Of a stretch of 64,000 nt of DNA, positions 12,263 through 24,900 are shown piece by piece (positions within the stretch are counted from its first letter, which is position 1; every line of letters begins with the position of its first letter). The translations under genes were made by a program, and so were the position numbers. Below the pieces are notes generated by a model, which saw only the letters and a list, made by a program, of their open reading frames with translations, did not search any database and was not told the origin of the DNA. Source of the DNA: Setoptus koraiensis (taxonomy: Eukaryota > Animalia > Arthropoda); contig CM106585.1 in the NCBI GenBank assembly GCA_048013815.1, positions 17,112,001-17,176,000 on the forward strand, written 5' to 3'.

Positions 12263-15200
12263 GCGGTTGACACTTGTTGACCGGACACACGCAGTTGTCA
12301 CAATTGTCGAGACTGTTCTTTTGGCGCACTGTCAGCTGTTGTGTTGATTATGTGCGAATGTGCCATTATTAAATTATGTTGTGACTCACATGATGTGAGT
12401 CACTCACTTGCTCATTCGCATATGCACCATTGGCAGTCAGCGGCTCGTTGTGTCAACGCATCTTGTCGTCAATATTGCACCAGATTATCCCATATCATCA
12501 GCTGATCTGACTCATCTGACAATCGTGAATCTGACAATCGCTGAATCTGACAATCGCTGAATTTGACAATCCGTGAATCTGACATTCGTTGAGTCACAAT
12601 TGCCACCAATTGCACCATCGCAATTGCCAACACCATTGGCCAAATCGCACAGCTGACAGCCGACAGGTGAAAGTGAAACAGGCGAAAGTGAAACGGGTGA
12701 AATGGGCATTTGTTGTCAACGACAACAACTCTCTGACTGACTGAATGCGAGCTAGTGAGTTAAACTTTGACAAGCAAACTTGTGAGTCACTCTCACAGGT
12801 GAGTCAGTGAGTGTTGAAGTTGACTCCCGCTGGCCAGAGTCTCGCTGGCCAGAGTCTCGCTGGTCAGTTATCAACTTGTCGGGCGGTCATTTGCGCGCAA
12901 TGGCGACACACTGGCACACATTTGCAAGCGTTGCCTCACCTCACAAGGTGAGTTGTCAGGTGAGTCACCTGTGCCAGCGGCGCCAACGGTCGGCCGGTGG
13001 CAACGAGCCACGGCGACATCTCATCTCGCAATAAAGGGAGATGGGAGATGATCTCGCAATGAGATGATTTCCTGTCTGCCTTTACATCTACTGTCCAATA
13101 TCCGCTTCGCATCATATGCTCATAATGCTGGCAAATACACACGATGTATCACACGATCGATCAGACTGGTGGATATTTGTGATATTTGTGATATTTGTGG
13201 CTTGGGCTCATCAATCAACTTGATTGAATCAAGCGCCCCAGACGAGCAAACAAACACTGCGAGCGAGTTCCGTCATGACTCACATGATTCGTTTGTGCGC
13301 AACAAACAAGCACCGATATCAATCACCTGGCGAGACGAGCCACGAAACGTGCCAAAAATTGGCCAGGTGATTGATTTCGCACACGACAAATTTTTTTCGA
13401 CAAATTTGTCGACGAATTTGTCGACAAATTTGTGCGATTGGTCGTAATTGGTTTGCACTAACAACTTGTTAGCTTGTTAGTTTATTCCGGCATGATTGGC
13501 TGTATCACTGGTGCGCATTGTTTCACTGGATTGTCGGCCTGAAACGTCGCGTTCGTTTGCAGCGTCGGACACGTTCAATTATTACCATTATTATTACCAT
13601 TATTGTTGGCACCACTGGCACCATTATTGTTGCTGTTGTTGTTGTTGCTGCTGGCTCGCGAATGGCTGCCGATGGCGCGCGAGGAGCCCCGACAGCAGCG
13701 ACGATAAAACAAGCCAAAACGAGCATTTCATGTGTTTTATGTGTGCTGACACTGTTGTGAGTCGACACTGTTGAGTCGACACTGTTGAGTCGACATGGAA
13801 CATGTTGCAACAGGTTGCGGGAGCTCGTATAAACGCGCAGCCATTATTGGCATTATTGCCATTGTGAGCTCACACAAGCCGCTCTCACCTGTGCGAAGCC
13901 CAACGCTCAACGCAAAGCTGTGCAAGCCTCTGTGGCCGCAATACAATATAACACACGCTATTACACTGTTTAACACAATGTACACAATGTACACAATGTA
14001 CTGCTCAGGTGAGCAGCAGCGCGTAGCTCACCTGTGCTCACCTGTGGGCGCCAGCCCACAAATTTCAGCCAGCCACTGCCAGCGACAGCTCGTTTCGAAG
14101 CTCGTTTCGTATGAGCTTGTAGCTCGCACCAGCTGCGAGCTGCCAGCTTCGAACGAGCCTCGAACGAGCTGTCGCAATCGATTAGGCGCTGCGAACGTGC
14201 TGTTCGCTGGCAAGCTAGCCGCTGCAGTGCACAGTGCGCCCGTCAAAGTGCGCACGTCGACAACGAGTTTGGCAAACTTGTTGCGACGCTTGTGTCGCTG
14301 TTGTCGCGCCGGCTTCAGCAGGTTTATTATTATTATAATATTATTATCATTATCACCGCGAAAACGGCAGCCAGTATCGGCAGCTAGCAATAATATTATA
14401 CTGATTACATTACATTGATGTTGGGCGGCCGACATGGGCAAATGATATGCACGCACTCGCTCGGCGTGTCGCTGTTGTCGCGGCTTGTTAATACCAACTT
14501 GTTGGCATATGTAAGCTTGGTTTATATGAAATAAAATAAAATAATGCAAACTCGATAATAATTAAGTAGCGACTCGCGGCGCCAACAACAACAAGTCGAT
14601 CTTATCAGGTTAATGATCTCTCTCAGGGGCGCTCGCTACCGGCCCGGCAGCCAGCACAAGCCAGGCGGCGCCAGTGACGACAACACTGCATCCGTCTCTC
14701 ACATTGCCATTACCTGTTGCCTGTCACCTGTCACCTGTTGCCTCGCTGTGTCGCTGTGTCGCCGTGTCGCTGGCTCGCTGGCTGCTGGCTGCTGGCAAGC
14801 TAGCAACAATTGCCAGCAGCCAGCAGCAAGCAGCCGGCAGCCAATAGCGACTTGTGGCTGCAATTGCTGTGCCATTACAACAATCTTGTGGCCACCGATG
14901 CCGATAAAATTACATTATTTATTTATTGCTCGCTTTTACTTTGCTTGAATTAATGCGCGTTATTGCGCGTTCGTCTGTCGTCTGTTTATCTGTCTGTCGT
15001 TTATCTGTCTGTCGAAGTTTGTGACGACGCGCCGGACGAGGCTCTCTCTCTCTCTATTGGATCGTAACAGCGCACACAAATCGGGCAACATCGCTGCCAA
15101 TTCAATCACATCCAATTTGATCGCACATTAATAATGATGGCGACTCGCGAGACAAAATCAAGACAATTGGCCCGTGCTGCTCACCGTGACAACACTCGTA

Positions 15201-15733
15201 ATGAGTGTGTCGTAATTATGAAATGGCAACTCACTACCGTGCTCTATTATGCGCCAGCAGTGTCGAGCTTGCCAACTCGAGCTCGCCGACTCGAGCTTGA
15301 GAGCTTGAGAGCCCTAGAATTTGAGAGCGAGTAGTGAGCAGCGAGCAACGAGCAACGAGCAGTGAGTAATGAGCAGTGAGTAATCAAGTTTACATTGAAC
15401 ATGGTAATCGAGGCAGCGATCGAGCCAAGGCAACAGTCGCTCTCACAAATCAATTAGCGCACACGACGAGCTTGCCAGATTACGTCACAACGTAGTGAGC
15501 ATCTCTCACTGACAACGCTGTGAGCAGACGTATCTTGTCTAGGAGATGTGAGTCTTATTGATAATAACTTATTATCAATGAGTTATTACGTATAGTTATG
15601 TGTGGTTGTACAGTATGTATGGCAGCCAGTGCAAGTGTGACAGCCGGCCCAAACAAACACTATTTACCTGTGAATAATTATTGTATCATGCTAATGTTTG
15701 TTTATTTCGGGTGAATATTGCGATATTGAAATA

Positions 15734-15817
15734 TTCAAATGACTCAAATGATTCAAATGATTCAAATGATTCAAATGATTCAAATGATTCAAATGATTCA
15801 AATGATTCAAATGATTC
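15734..15817. repeat. 9-bp tandem repeat (TTCAAATGA), 9 copies
   Basis: caaatga recurs every 9 nt from 15736 to 15808. Confidence 0.93.
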
Positions 15818-16341
15818 GCTTTCGCTTGCATCGCAGCCTGAACAATTGGCGAGCTCCGATAAAACCAATGATTGCATTGTCATGATTGCAATGTTCAAAT
15901 TGGCAAGTTCAATCGGTGAGTCGCCACTGTCGCATCTCCGACAAGCAAACCGACGGGCGAACCGACGGGCGAACCGACGAGTAGGCAAACTGACGCTGTC
16001 ATATCATCCATGTTTTTATCATGTGCAGCAGTTGTGCATTTATCAGTAACAACAACGACGACAACAACAACAACGACGACAACAACAACGACGACAACAA
16101 CAACAACGAGCTGCAACAGCTTGCAGTGCGACGTGAGACGTCACCCGCTGTCGGTTGCGCCATCAAGGTGGCGCACATATGATTTTGAAGGAAGAGGGCA
16201 CGTCATTTGCACGTCATTGGCACACACTCTCGAATCTGTCAGTTTGTGTGCCAAACTGACGCCAAACAAGCCAAGTGCGAGCCAGCAAACGATGACATAT
16301 CGCCGCTCCACCCCGGCCTCCGCCCCCGCATGTCGCACTCA

Positions 16342-16402
16342 TCTCGACGGCCTCTCGACGGCCTCTCGACGGCTTCTCGACGGCCTCTCGACGGCCTCTC
16401 GA
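16342..16402. repeat. 13-bp tandem repeat (TCTCGACGGCC core), about 5 copies
   Basis: Repeated tctcgacggc(c/t) units read directly. Confidence 0.85.
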
Positions 16403-18380
16403 TCGGCTGCACAACTAGTGGCCATTCGAATGTTGGCCTTTGGAATATTGGCCGGGCCGGGCAACTGTTGGCCGGTGCGTCGACGGCCAACAGTCGCCAG
16501 CTAGCGGATAAAGTTGCCACGCTGATGCGGCCAATTTTCGCTGCCAGGGGCCCGAGTGACATGGCAGCCAATTGTTACAATTTTTTCATTTCACACTTTT
16601 CAAACTTTTCCATTTTTCGTCCAATTTCGTCAGCGCTCAACTGTGGCGACTCTCTCACAACAACAGCGTTGTCTTTTTGCTTTATTTCGCTCTCGCTTTT
16701 ATCTCGCTCAATTAATTTGCCGCTCCGTTCATTGGCGGCCAGCAAAGGCCAACAGTGTAACTCGCTCTACTATTATTATTATTATCTCATGCATGTGCTC
16801 CAATTATCTCTGATTATTATCATTATTATTACATTGCATCATTACCCTTTCTCGACATGTGCACCGGCCGAGTGTGTCGTCGTTGCTGTTGCTATTGTTG
16901 TTGCTGTTGTTGTTGCTGTTGTTGTTGCTGTTGTTGTCGTTGTTTGCCGACAGCCCCCACACAAGCCGATGATTTGCATCACTTTAATTTGCATGCACTT
17001 TGGAGCGACGATCGCATTAGAGGCTCGCCAAGGTCGTTTGCTGGCTCACGCTCGCTGTCTCGCAAATCTGGCAAGGCGGCTGCGAATTGCGAGCTCGATC
17101 AATTGCATCACTGCGTGCCGTCGTGCACACCACTGGTGCCAGTGGTGCCATCTAGGCCCAAGTTGGCGCCACAAGTAGTGATATCCGAATTGCCGACATG
17201 CCGAATTGCTGCCAAAACAAAGAGTCGCCAAAACAAACTGCCACTTGCCAGCGAAAATCACACACTTGCCATTTCGTATAACAACGTTATTTAGCTACTA
17301 ATATTACATTATATACAGGTACGAGCGTATAGTGTAACGTTGAACTGATATTAATATTAATATCAACGGTTGATAAATGAAATCGATATCAATAGTCATC
17401 ATTGTCGTGTTGCGATCATCAATCAGTGCACTCATTGCCTGCTATAATTACAGTTAGATTCATTAGGGCTTAATGATCAACACTGACACTGACTGTGTTG
17501 TGTCATATCCTGATTTATTTTGCTCGCTCGGAATGTGCGGGGCTCGTGCCCCGCGCATCCCCGGCCGAGCTGAATGGTGCCCAAGGGTGCCCAGCAGTGC
17601 CCACTGCATGATGATTGGTGGCGAGTGGTCAATAACGTGCACGAGATAAAGAGACACAGAGATGCAGAGATAAAAAGATAAAATACCCCGATATCGTCAT
17701 TACCGTTACGCACAGGTACCGTTACAGTAGTGCGGTTGTCATTGGACAGAGTGTGTGTGTGTGTGTGTGTCATTGTGGCTGGCATTGGGCATTATTGTGG
17801 TTGTCATTAGTGTCATTGTAGATTAGTGGTAGTAGTTTGCAGTGTGACAGCGACTGTCACTTGGCGACAAGTAGACCAAAAGCTCGTTTGTCACTGTCTG
17901 TGCGTCCACAACAAGTGCAACAAGTGTGTTTGTGTGCTGTCAAAATCAGGTGAGCTTGCCACTAACAGCTGTTTTGACAGCCCTAATGACATGCGGTAGT
18001 GACATTGCCAACCCGATATAGACTAGTTTTGCACCTGATATATTTATGTGCATAAATGTCGACGAGCTAGCCGTCGGTTGCAGCCGTTGCAGTGGAGCTG
18101 TCAGTTGCGACAATGACAGCTATTCGACTATTGGCGACACTTGAGCACACACAAGAATGCGTCGTGTTGAATCATGATATGAATCATCGAGCGGAGGTCG
18201 AGGTCAGCGGACAGACAAGCGGACAGACGGGCGCACACACGGCCAAATAAACTGGCCGTCGAGCTACCTGTCGAGTGATATATAGCTACAGGTTGTTTGT
18301 ACAAGGATTGCACAGGTGACTCAACTCGTTGGCCACTTTCTCTGGCTTCTCTGGCTTCGCTCACTGCTCGCAAACGGCAC

Positions 18381-18480
18381 AAATTGAACGAACGGCGCGA
18401 ACGGCGCAAACTGAACGAACGGCACAAATGGAGAGAACGGCACAAATTGAACGAACGGCACAAACTGAAACAACGGCACT
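18381..18480. repeat. Degenerate 18-bp tandem repeat (AAATTGAACGAACGGCAC-like)
   Basis: About 5 diverged copies. Confidence 0.75.
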
Positions 18481-21400
18481 GGCTACGCAAACCCGGATTG
18501 CGTCAGCACGACAAGTGCTCACCTGCGGCCATTGCGGCACGCAACCACTCGCAAACTGATTGCGCTCATCAGCGGCCGGGCCGGTTCCTTAATGAGCGTG
18601 ATGTAACCAGCGCATTGCCCGCAGTGCTGCCGCCAGAAGCCAGAATCAGGCGCTCTGGCGCTGGCATCCAGCGCGACAGCAGCGCCAATTTGACAATTTG
18701 GCAATTTGACTAGCCGAATATTCGACCATTCGACCATTCGACTGTTCGACCATTCGACTGTTCGACTGCTTGACAGCCAACAGCAACAACGAACGAAGAA
18801 CGAAGAAGCGGCAAGGTCAAGCGGCCGGCCCGAGCGCAGTTAGCGGCCGCCGGCTGAACTTGGCCGGGCTAATGAGCGACGCTCGTTGAGGAAGTAGACA
18901 GAGCCAATTGTCAATTGTGCATGCCGTTGTCGTGCGCCGCTGTCCGTCGTTGTTGCGGGCAAGGCGAGACAGCGCGACAGACGAGCAGAGTCATAAGTCA
19001 AACTTGCAACAACGACAACATTTGCATATGCAAATGCCCTCGTCGCTGTGCCAGCGTCTGGCCGGCGTCTGGCCGGCAGCTGCAAATAGAGTGGCCGGCC
19101 CGCGGGTGCCGCACTGTCGGCCCGCGCGAGTCGGACTGCCGGCCCGCGCGAGTCGGACTGCCGGCCACAGCACTGTCGCCTGTTGGACTGTGGGCGCCGC
19201 TAGCCAGACGGGCCCCACTGTGTGCAAGCCATCTGATGGGGCCCAGACAAACAAGGGGTGGCTAATTTATGCATGTCGTAAACAGTTGCCAGCGAGTGAC
19301 AATGTGACACAACAGCAGCCAACACCGAGCGCCGTTGTGTGTCCGAGTGACAGTTACAACAATTACAGTTACAAACAATCACCGTACCGTAGGTGTAACT
19401 TGTATTGTGTAAGTACATAAGCACAAGTGTAAGCATGAGTGATACAAATCATAAATAACCGAAAACGCCAAGCGGCCAGCACGGCAATCACGGCTTGGCA
19501 GTGCACAATTAGCCACGATTTGCTCACATTGAATTGGCAATTGTCACTTGAATTGTTGCTGAGATTTGTCGCTGTTGTGGCGCCAATCCATTCACTGACT
19601 GTTATAATACTGTGAAATTGAATCTATCCGAAAGATTAACAGTGTCTATCTGATAGGTTACGTAATATCTATGCATCGATTTGATGGGGTTTGTCGCGCT
19701 GTGACAATGCTGCCATTTGGCGCGCGATTTGCCGCCGACTGGCACTTTGTCCGCTGCCAACATGGGCTCCGGTCAGCTGCCGTTGCTTGCGTCCCAATTT
19801 GGGACTCCCAAACACCCGATATCGACCACCGACCACAACGGCGACAGCGCGACAACGGCGACAACAGCGACAGCGGCGCCGCAGTCTGGCGAGACCGCAA
19901 ACAGTTTGCCGGGCCACAAGCGAGTGAGTCGGCGCTCGGCGCTCGACGGAGACATGATTCATGGGCAGACTTGAGTCTGACAAAATGATTTTGCGGTTGG
20001 CGCTCGTTGGAGCGGCGTGCTAACTGTTGTTTACTGGTTATGTCACACTTGTTGAGCGGCGCACTTGTCAACGTGTTGCATGTGTATCACGTTGCTTGCT
20101 TGTTGTTGTTGATTTGTTGCCATTTCGACATTCCGACATTTCGACTTTTCGACATTTCGACACTGAGATTTATATATTTATTTGCGTGTCACTGTGCGCT
20201 TTGTGAGGCCATATTTCACGCACGCGGCCTCGCACAATTTGCATACACTGGGCAAGCGTGTTGCTGGGCAAGTGCAGCATCGCGGGCCCACTTGCCTTGG
20301 CATCAATGCATCGATGCCAAGGCAAGCTGTCACAAGCGGACCGTTACAACTTGCAGCTTGCGAGGGCAGCACATGCGCTCGCAACACTGTGTCACCTGTC
20401 GCTCGTGAGCTTGACGGACGAGCACGAGTTGCGAGTCGCGAGTCGCGAGTTACGAATTGTGAGTCGCAGTTGCGAGTTGCGAGTCGCCAGAGAAGAGAAT
20501 CGCTCAATTTAGCAGTTTGCGGTTGTTGTTTGTTTGTGGGCAACATGGGCAAGCGGTGGCAAAAGTGCAAAAAGTGTTGGTGTCTCGTTGATTTGTTTGT
20601 TTACTTGTTTGTCGGTGTGTTTATCCGTTTGCCGTTTATCTGTTTGTTTGTTTGCAAGCTGACAATTGCGAGCGCCGGCCAATGTGTGTCACTGCAGCGA
20701 TTGCAGTGCCAGTAATTGGCAGATGCAACAACGATATCGCAACACATAGCGACATGTAGCGATCAACAGCCACAAGTATCAAATAACAATCGCTGGCGGA
20801 AAAGGGTTGTTGTTGCTCATGTCGTTGTTGCTGTTGCTGATGTCGTTGTTGTTGTTAGTGCATCGTTGTCAGTTAGTCGGTTAGTCGGTTAGTCGGTTAG
20901 TCAGTTAGTCGGCGGGTCGGTGGGTCGGTTAGCCAGCGAATGAGTGTCGCACAACATCGCTGCTGTGACAATGCGACCATAACAAAAAATGATCGCCAAG
21001 CCAAGGCTCGACAACGCACACACATTGCGTAACAGTTGGAGAGTTCATTATTATCATTATTATCATTATTATCAGTATTATCAGTATTATCATTATTATT
21101 GGCAGCGGCAGCTACATTGTGTGCGCATACAATGTGTTTATACAATATTTGTGTATTTGCATGACGAGCTAACTGTCGCTGTGAGTGAATAGTGACTAGC
21201 GATGGCAACGCGTCACTGCCATCACGCCAACAAATGCTGACAAATAATTGTTAGCAACAACAACAACAAAATACACTGTATACTAAAGTATAAACATGGC
21301 CAGCGAGCGAGCGTTTGTTGCGTAAACACACAGCCGAACGGAGACAGTTAGACGGTTAACTAGACAGTAAGTTGTTACGTCACCAGCGTGTGTGCTGCTG

Positions 21401-21903
21401 TGTTGGCTGTTGAACAGATTGTTCAGCAGAGTCTGTTCAACGGAGTCTGCTCAACGGAGTCTGCTCAACAGTCTGCTCAACGCTGATTGGCGAGCGCTGA
21501 TTGGCGAGCGCTGATTGGCGAGCGTTGACTGGCGAGCAGATGTGGCATATGGCACAGCGGCACAACAAGTATCACAACAAATATCGGCTGCGTCGTCAAC
21601 TGTGGCTGCTGCTGCTGTGCCAACTAATAACCAGATTCAATTATTATTGGCCTTAATTGATGGCACAACAAGCATTGCAATTATTGCAAAAGTGTCTATC
21701 TATCACAATCTGTCGTCAACACAATCGTCACAATTCTCGGCAATTCGTCTGGCAATTTGGCGCTTGCGGCTGGCACTTTGCGTCCACACTCTGGCGGCGA
21801 CGCGCGCAACACCAACAACAACAGCAACAACAACAGCAGCAACAGCAACAACAACAGCAACAACAACAACAACAGCAGCGGCAACAACACACGCTGTCGA
21901 ACA

Positions 21904-21972
21904 GCAACCACCGGGCAACCACCGGGCAACCACCGGGCAACCACCGGGCAACCACCGGGCAACCACCGGGCA
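21904..21972. repeat. 11-bp tandem repeat (GCAACCACCGG), 6 copies
   Basis: Perfect copies from 21904 to 21969. Confidence 0.93.
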
Positions 21973-24900
21973 GCCACGCCAACCACTTTGCTCTAGATAT
22001 CCAATGGGCCGAGTGCAGTGCGAAGGTGCGACGCGAGTATCATGCAAAGCGAGCTCGCCTGTTATACGAATCCCAGATGCCAGAGATGCCAGAGATGCCA
22101 GAGATGACAGCAACGACAATTGCCAATTGCCATTGGCACAGCGTTTGTCCGTTGGCGCCCAAACAGCGACAGCCATAATCGATATAACACACACACGATA
22201 CGACAAAACTTAACGGTTTTGTGCCAATTTGGCGAAAATGTGCCAAGCTTAAGCAGTTGGCAATTGGTTTGCGTTGTGCCAATTGCGCACAATGCCCACA
22301 ATTGGCACATCCGCGGGTGTCATTTGCATTGGCATATTGCACATTGATATTGCACATTGTACAATCATTGTCGTGTTACAAAGTGCACAATTGGCATGAG
22401 CATCGACACACAAGTGGCCAAGTTTGCCAACTCAAACTCGCTGCAAATTGCCAGTTGAGTGATTTGCTCAAAATTGCATTTGTGCAATTTTCGCGCATTT
22501 TGTCAATTATCGCAATTGTGCCAATTGAACGATTTCACTGCGACGGCCCGCACGCCGCCTCGACCGGCTCGACGGGCTCAACGGGCTCAACGGGCTCGAT
22601 CGGCTGTCAACTGGCGGCCAGTGGCGAGCCAATCAAGCGCACAACCGGCGTTACACCTGTTGCGGTAAATGTTGTTGTTGTTGTTGTTGTTGCAGGTTGT
22701 TGTTGCTGTTGTTGTTGCATGTTGTTGTGCGTTGTGCGTTGTTGTTGTTGGTTAGTGACCGTGACAACAATGCGCGGTGCGGCGCCCAGACCAAACACAA
22801 CAGCGACACACAACAGGTGAGTTACGCAAGTGCGCTTGTCGCAAGCGATGATGATGCCGTCTGCTGTCGATTGCGGTGAGTCAACGGCACTCAACGGCGC
22901 CAGTCAACAGCGACAGTGTCGCTGCACACCAGCCCAAGTGAATCTGGCCAACTGTCCTTGACTGGCCAGCCACTTGCTAACAAACCGTTGTAACCTAACT
23001 AACCGTTAGCGAGTAACCGTTATAACTAACGATCGCTAACGGTTAGCGAGCCAATAACCGTCAGCGAGCGACCGTTAGCCAGCAGCGCGACAACAACTCG
23101 ACAGGTAGCCGGCTGGCCAATTGTCGGCACACTCATATCTGGCACTCATATCGCTCATATGTGGTCTCAACAGCGCACAGTACAACGCACGACAGGTAAG
23201 GCTTGATGAAGGCGCAGTTGGCAGCGGGCCGAAAAGTGGACCGAACAGCGATAAATTATTGATAAGGCGACAAATAACAACGCCAAAATATACATATAAT
23301 TTGCCAAGTTTGCTGGTTCGCACCTGAGTGTCAGCTGAGTGTCAGCCGAGTGTCAGGCGAGCGTCAGCTGACTCGCAAGTTGCGACTCGCGAGAATCGAT
23401 CGATCGACAACAACGACTGACAAGCCTCGCTGACACAACGGACAGGACAGGCTGTCGGTATTGCACCATCGACGAGTTGGGTGTCGCTGTTGTCGCTGTT
23501 GTCGCTGTTGTCGCTGTTGTCGCTGTTGTCGTTGTTGTCGCCGCTCGCCACGCAAACAACGACAGCCAGCGAAACGGAAATTAGTTTATTTACGAAGCCA
23601 ACTCAATCGCGACATTAACCCTTTGCTCACCCAGACCGTGGCTGCACACCGATCGCTGGTCGCTGGCTTCAGACGGCAGCAGCAGACAAAACAAGGGCGC
23701 CAAAAAGAGCCACTCGAACGGCTCGGAATCGCATTTGGCCAACGGCAAATTCGCTGCGCTGAAACCCGAGCAACTCTCTATCATTATTTGCATTGTTTGT
23801 GTTATTTTAAAACGTCGTAACGGCAACATTGCACATTATGTCGCATATTATGTTGCATTTGTTGTGCCAGCATCGGCCCGATCGATCGAAACGAAACGGT
23901 TTAAATTGCCCAAACAGCGCCAACCACAACAACAACATCAACGACACGGCCACGACAGCCACAAGTGCCGCTCGCCGCCTCCTTGCTGCCAATACCCGAC
24001 AGCCAGTCTGGGCCGCTCAAGGCAACACTGTCGGCGGTATCTACGGTGTCGGCGGTGTCCGCGCGGTCGGGGCGCAAAGAGCTGCGGCGAGAGATCTGAT
24101 TCGTTGCGGGCCCGCCGATCGCAGCTGTATCAGCGGCTGATGATGTCAGTGTTGCATGGTCGTGTCGCTGTTATCGCGCTGTCGGTATCAGGTTGTCAGT
24201 GGGTTTGGTGGGCGCTGAAAATGCGATGGTTGTTTGTTTTTGGGCTAATTGCTGACACTCAAACTCACTGGAAAAAATGTGTCAAACTCACACAAACAAA
24301 CTAACAAAATGTTGTAAAATGTTGTTGTTGGCCAGCCAATCAACATTGGCTGTTGATTGGCCAACAACAACGAGTGAGCGAACAGTGTTGTCACTGACAT
24401 TTGTTGTGAAATGAAAAATTGTCCCACTTGTTGTTTGTGCCGTCAGCTGTTGGGTGCTCATTGCACACGCTGTTAGTAGGCAACAGGTTAGTTGGCAACA
24501 CTTAACAGTAACAGTAACAAGGTGAGCAATAATAACGGGCAATAAACAGTATTACAGTAACAGTATTACTGCAACAGTGTTAGCTCTATTGACAATTGCA
24601 CTGCAACAGGTTGCTGGCTGGCCAACCAACAACCAAACAATCAAGTGTCAACGCCATCTGTTATTGGCAAGCCAACTGTAATTGAGTCATCATTGGCTGT
24701 CGCTGTCAGCTGTGTTGTTGGCCTACGTGATGACACTGATTGTTCTCCTCTATTTATCTATTTATTGACTATTGAGTTACATTGTTATCATCGTCATTTA
24801 TTATGACATTACAATGACAATACACGGCAAGCTAGCGTTTCTGGTGAGCACTGTTATCGTGGTGATGCCTCGCTCTGATTACTTTGCTTGCATATTGTCT

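Noticed and set aside
16207-17178. 323-aa ORF, the longest in the desert
   Set aside because: TTG start, built from a 13-mer repeat and (TAT)n/(GTT)n runs, with no recognisable domain.
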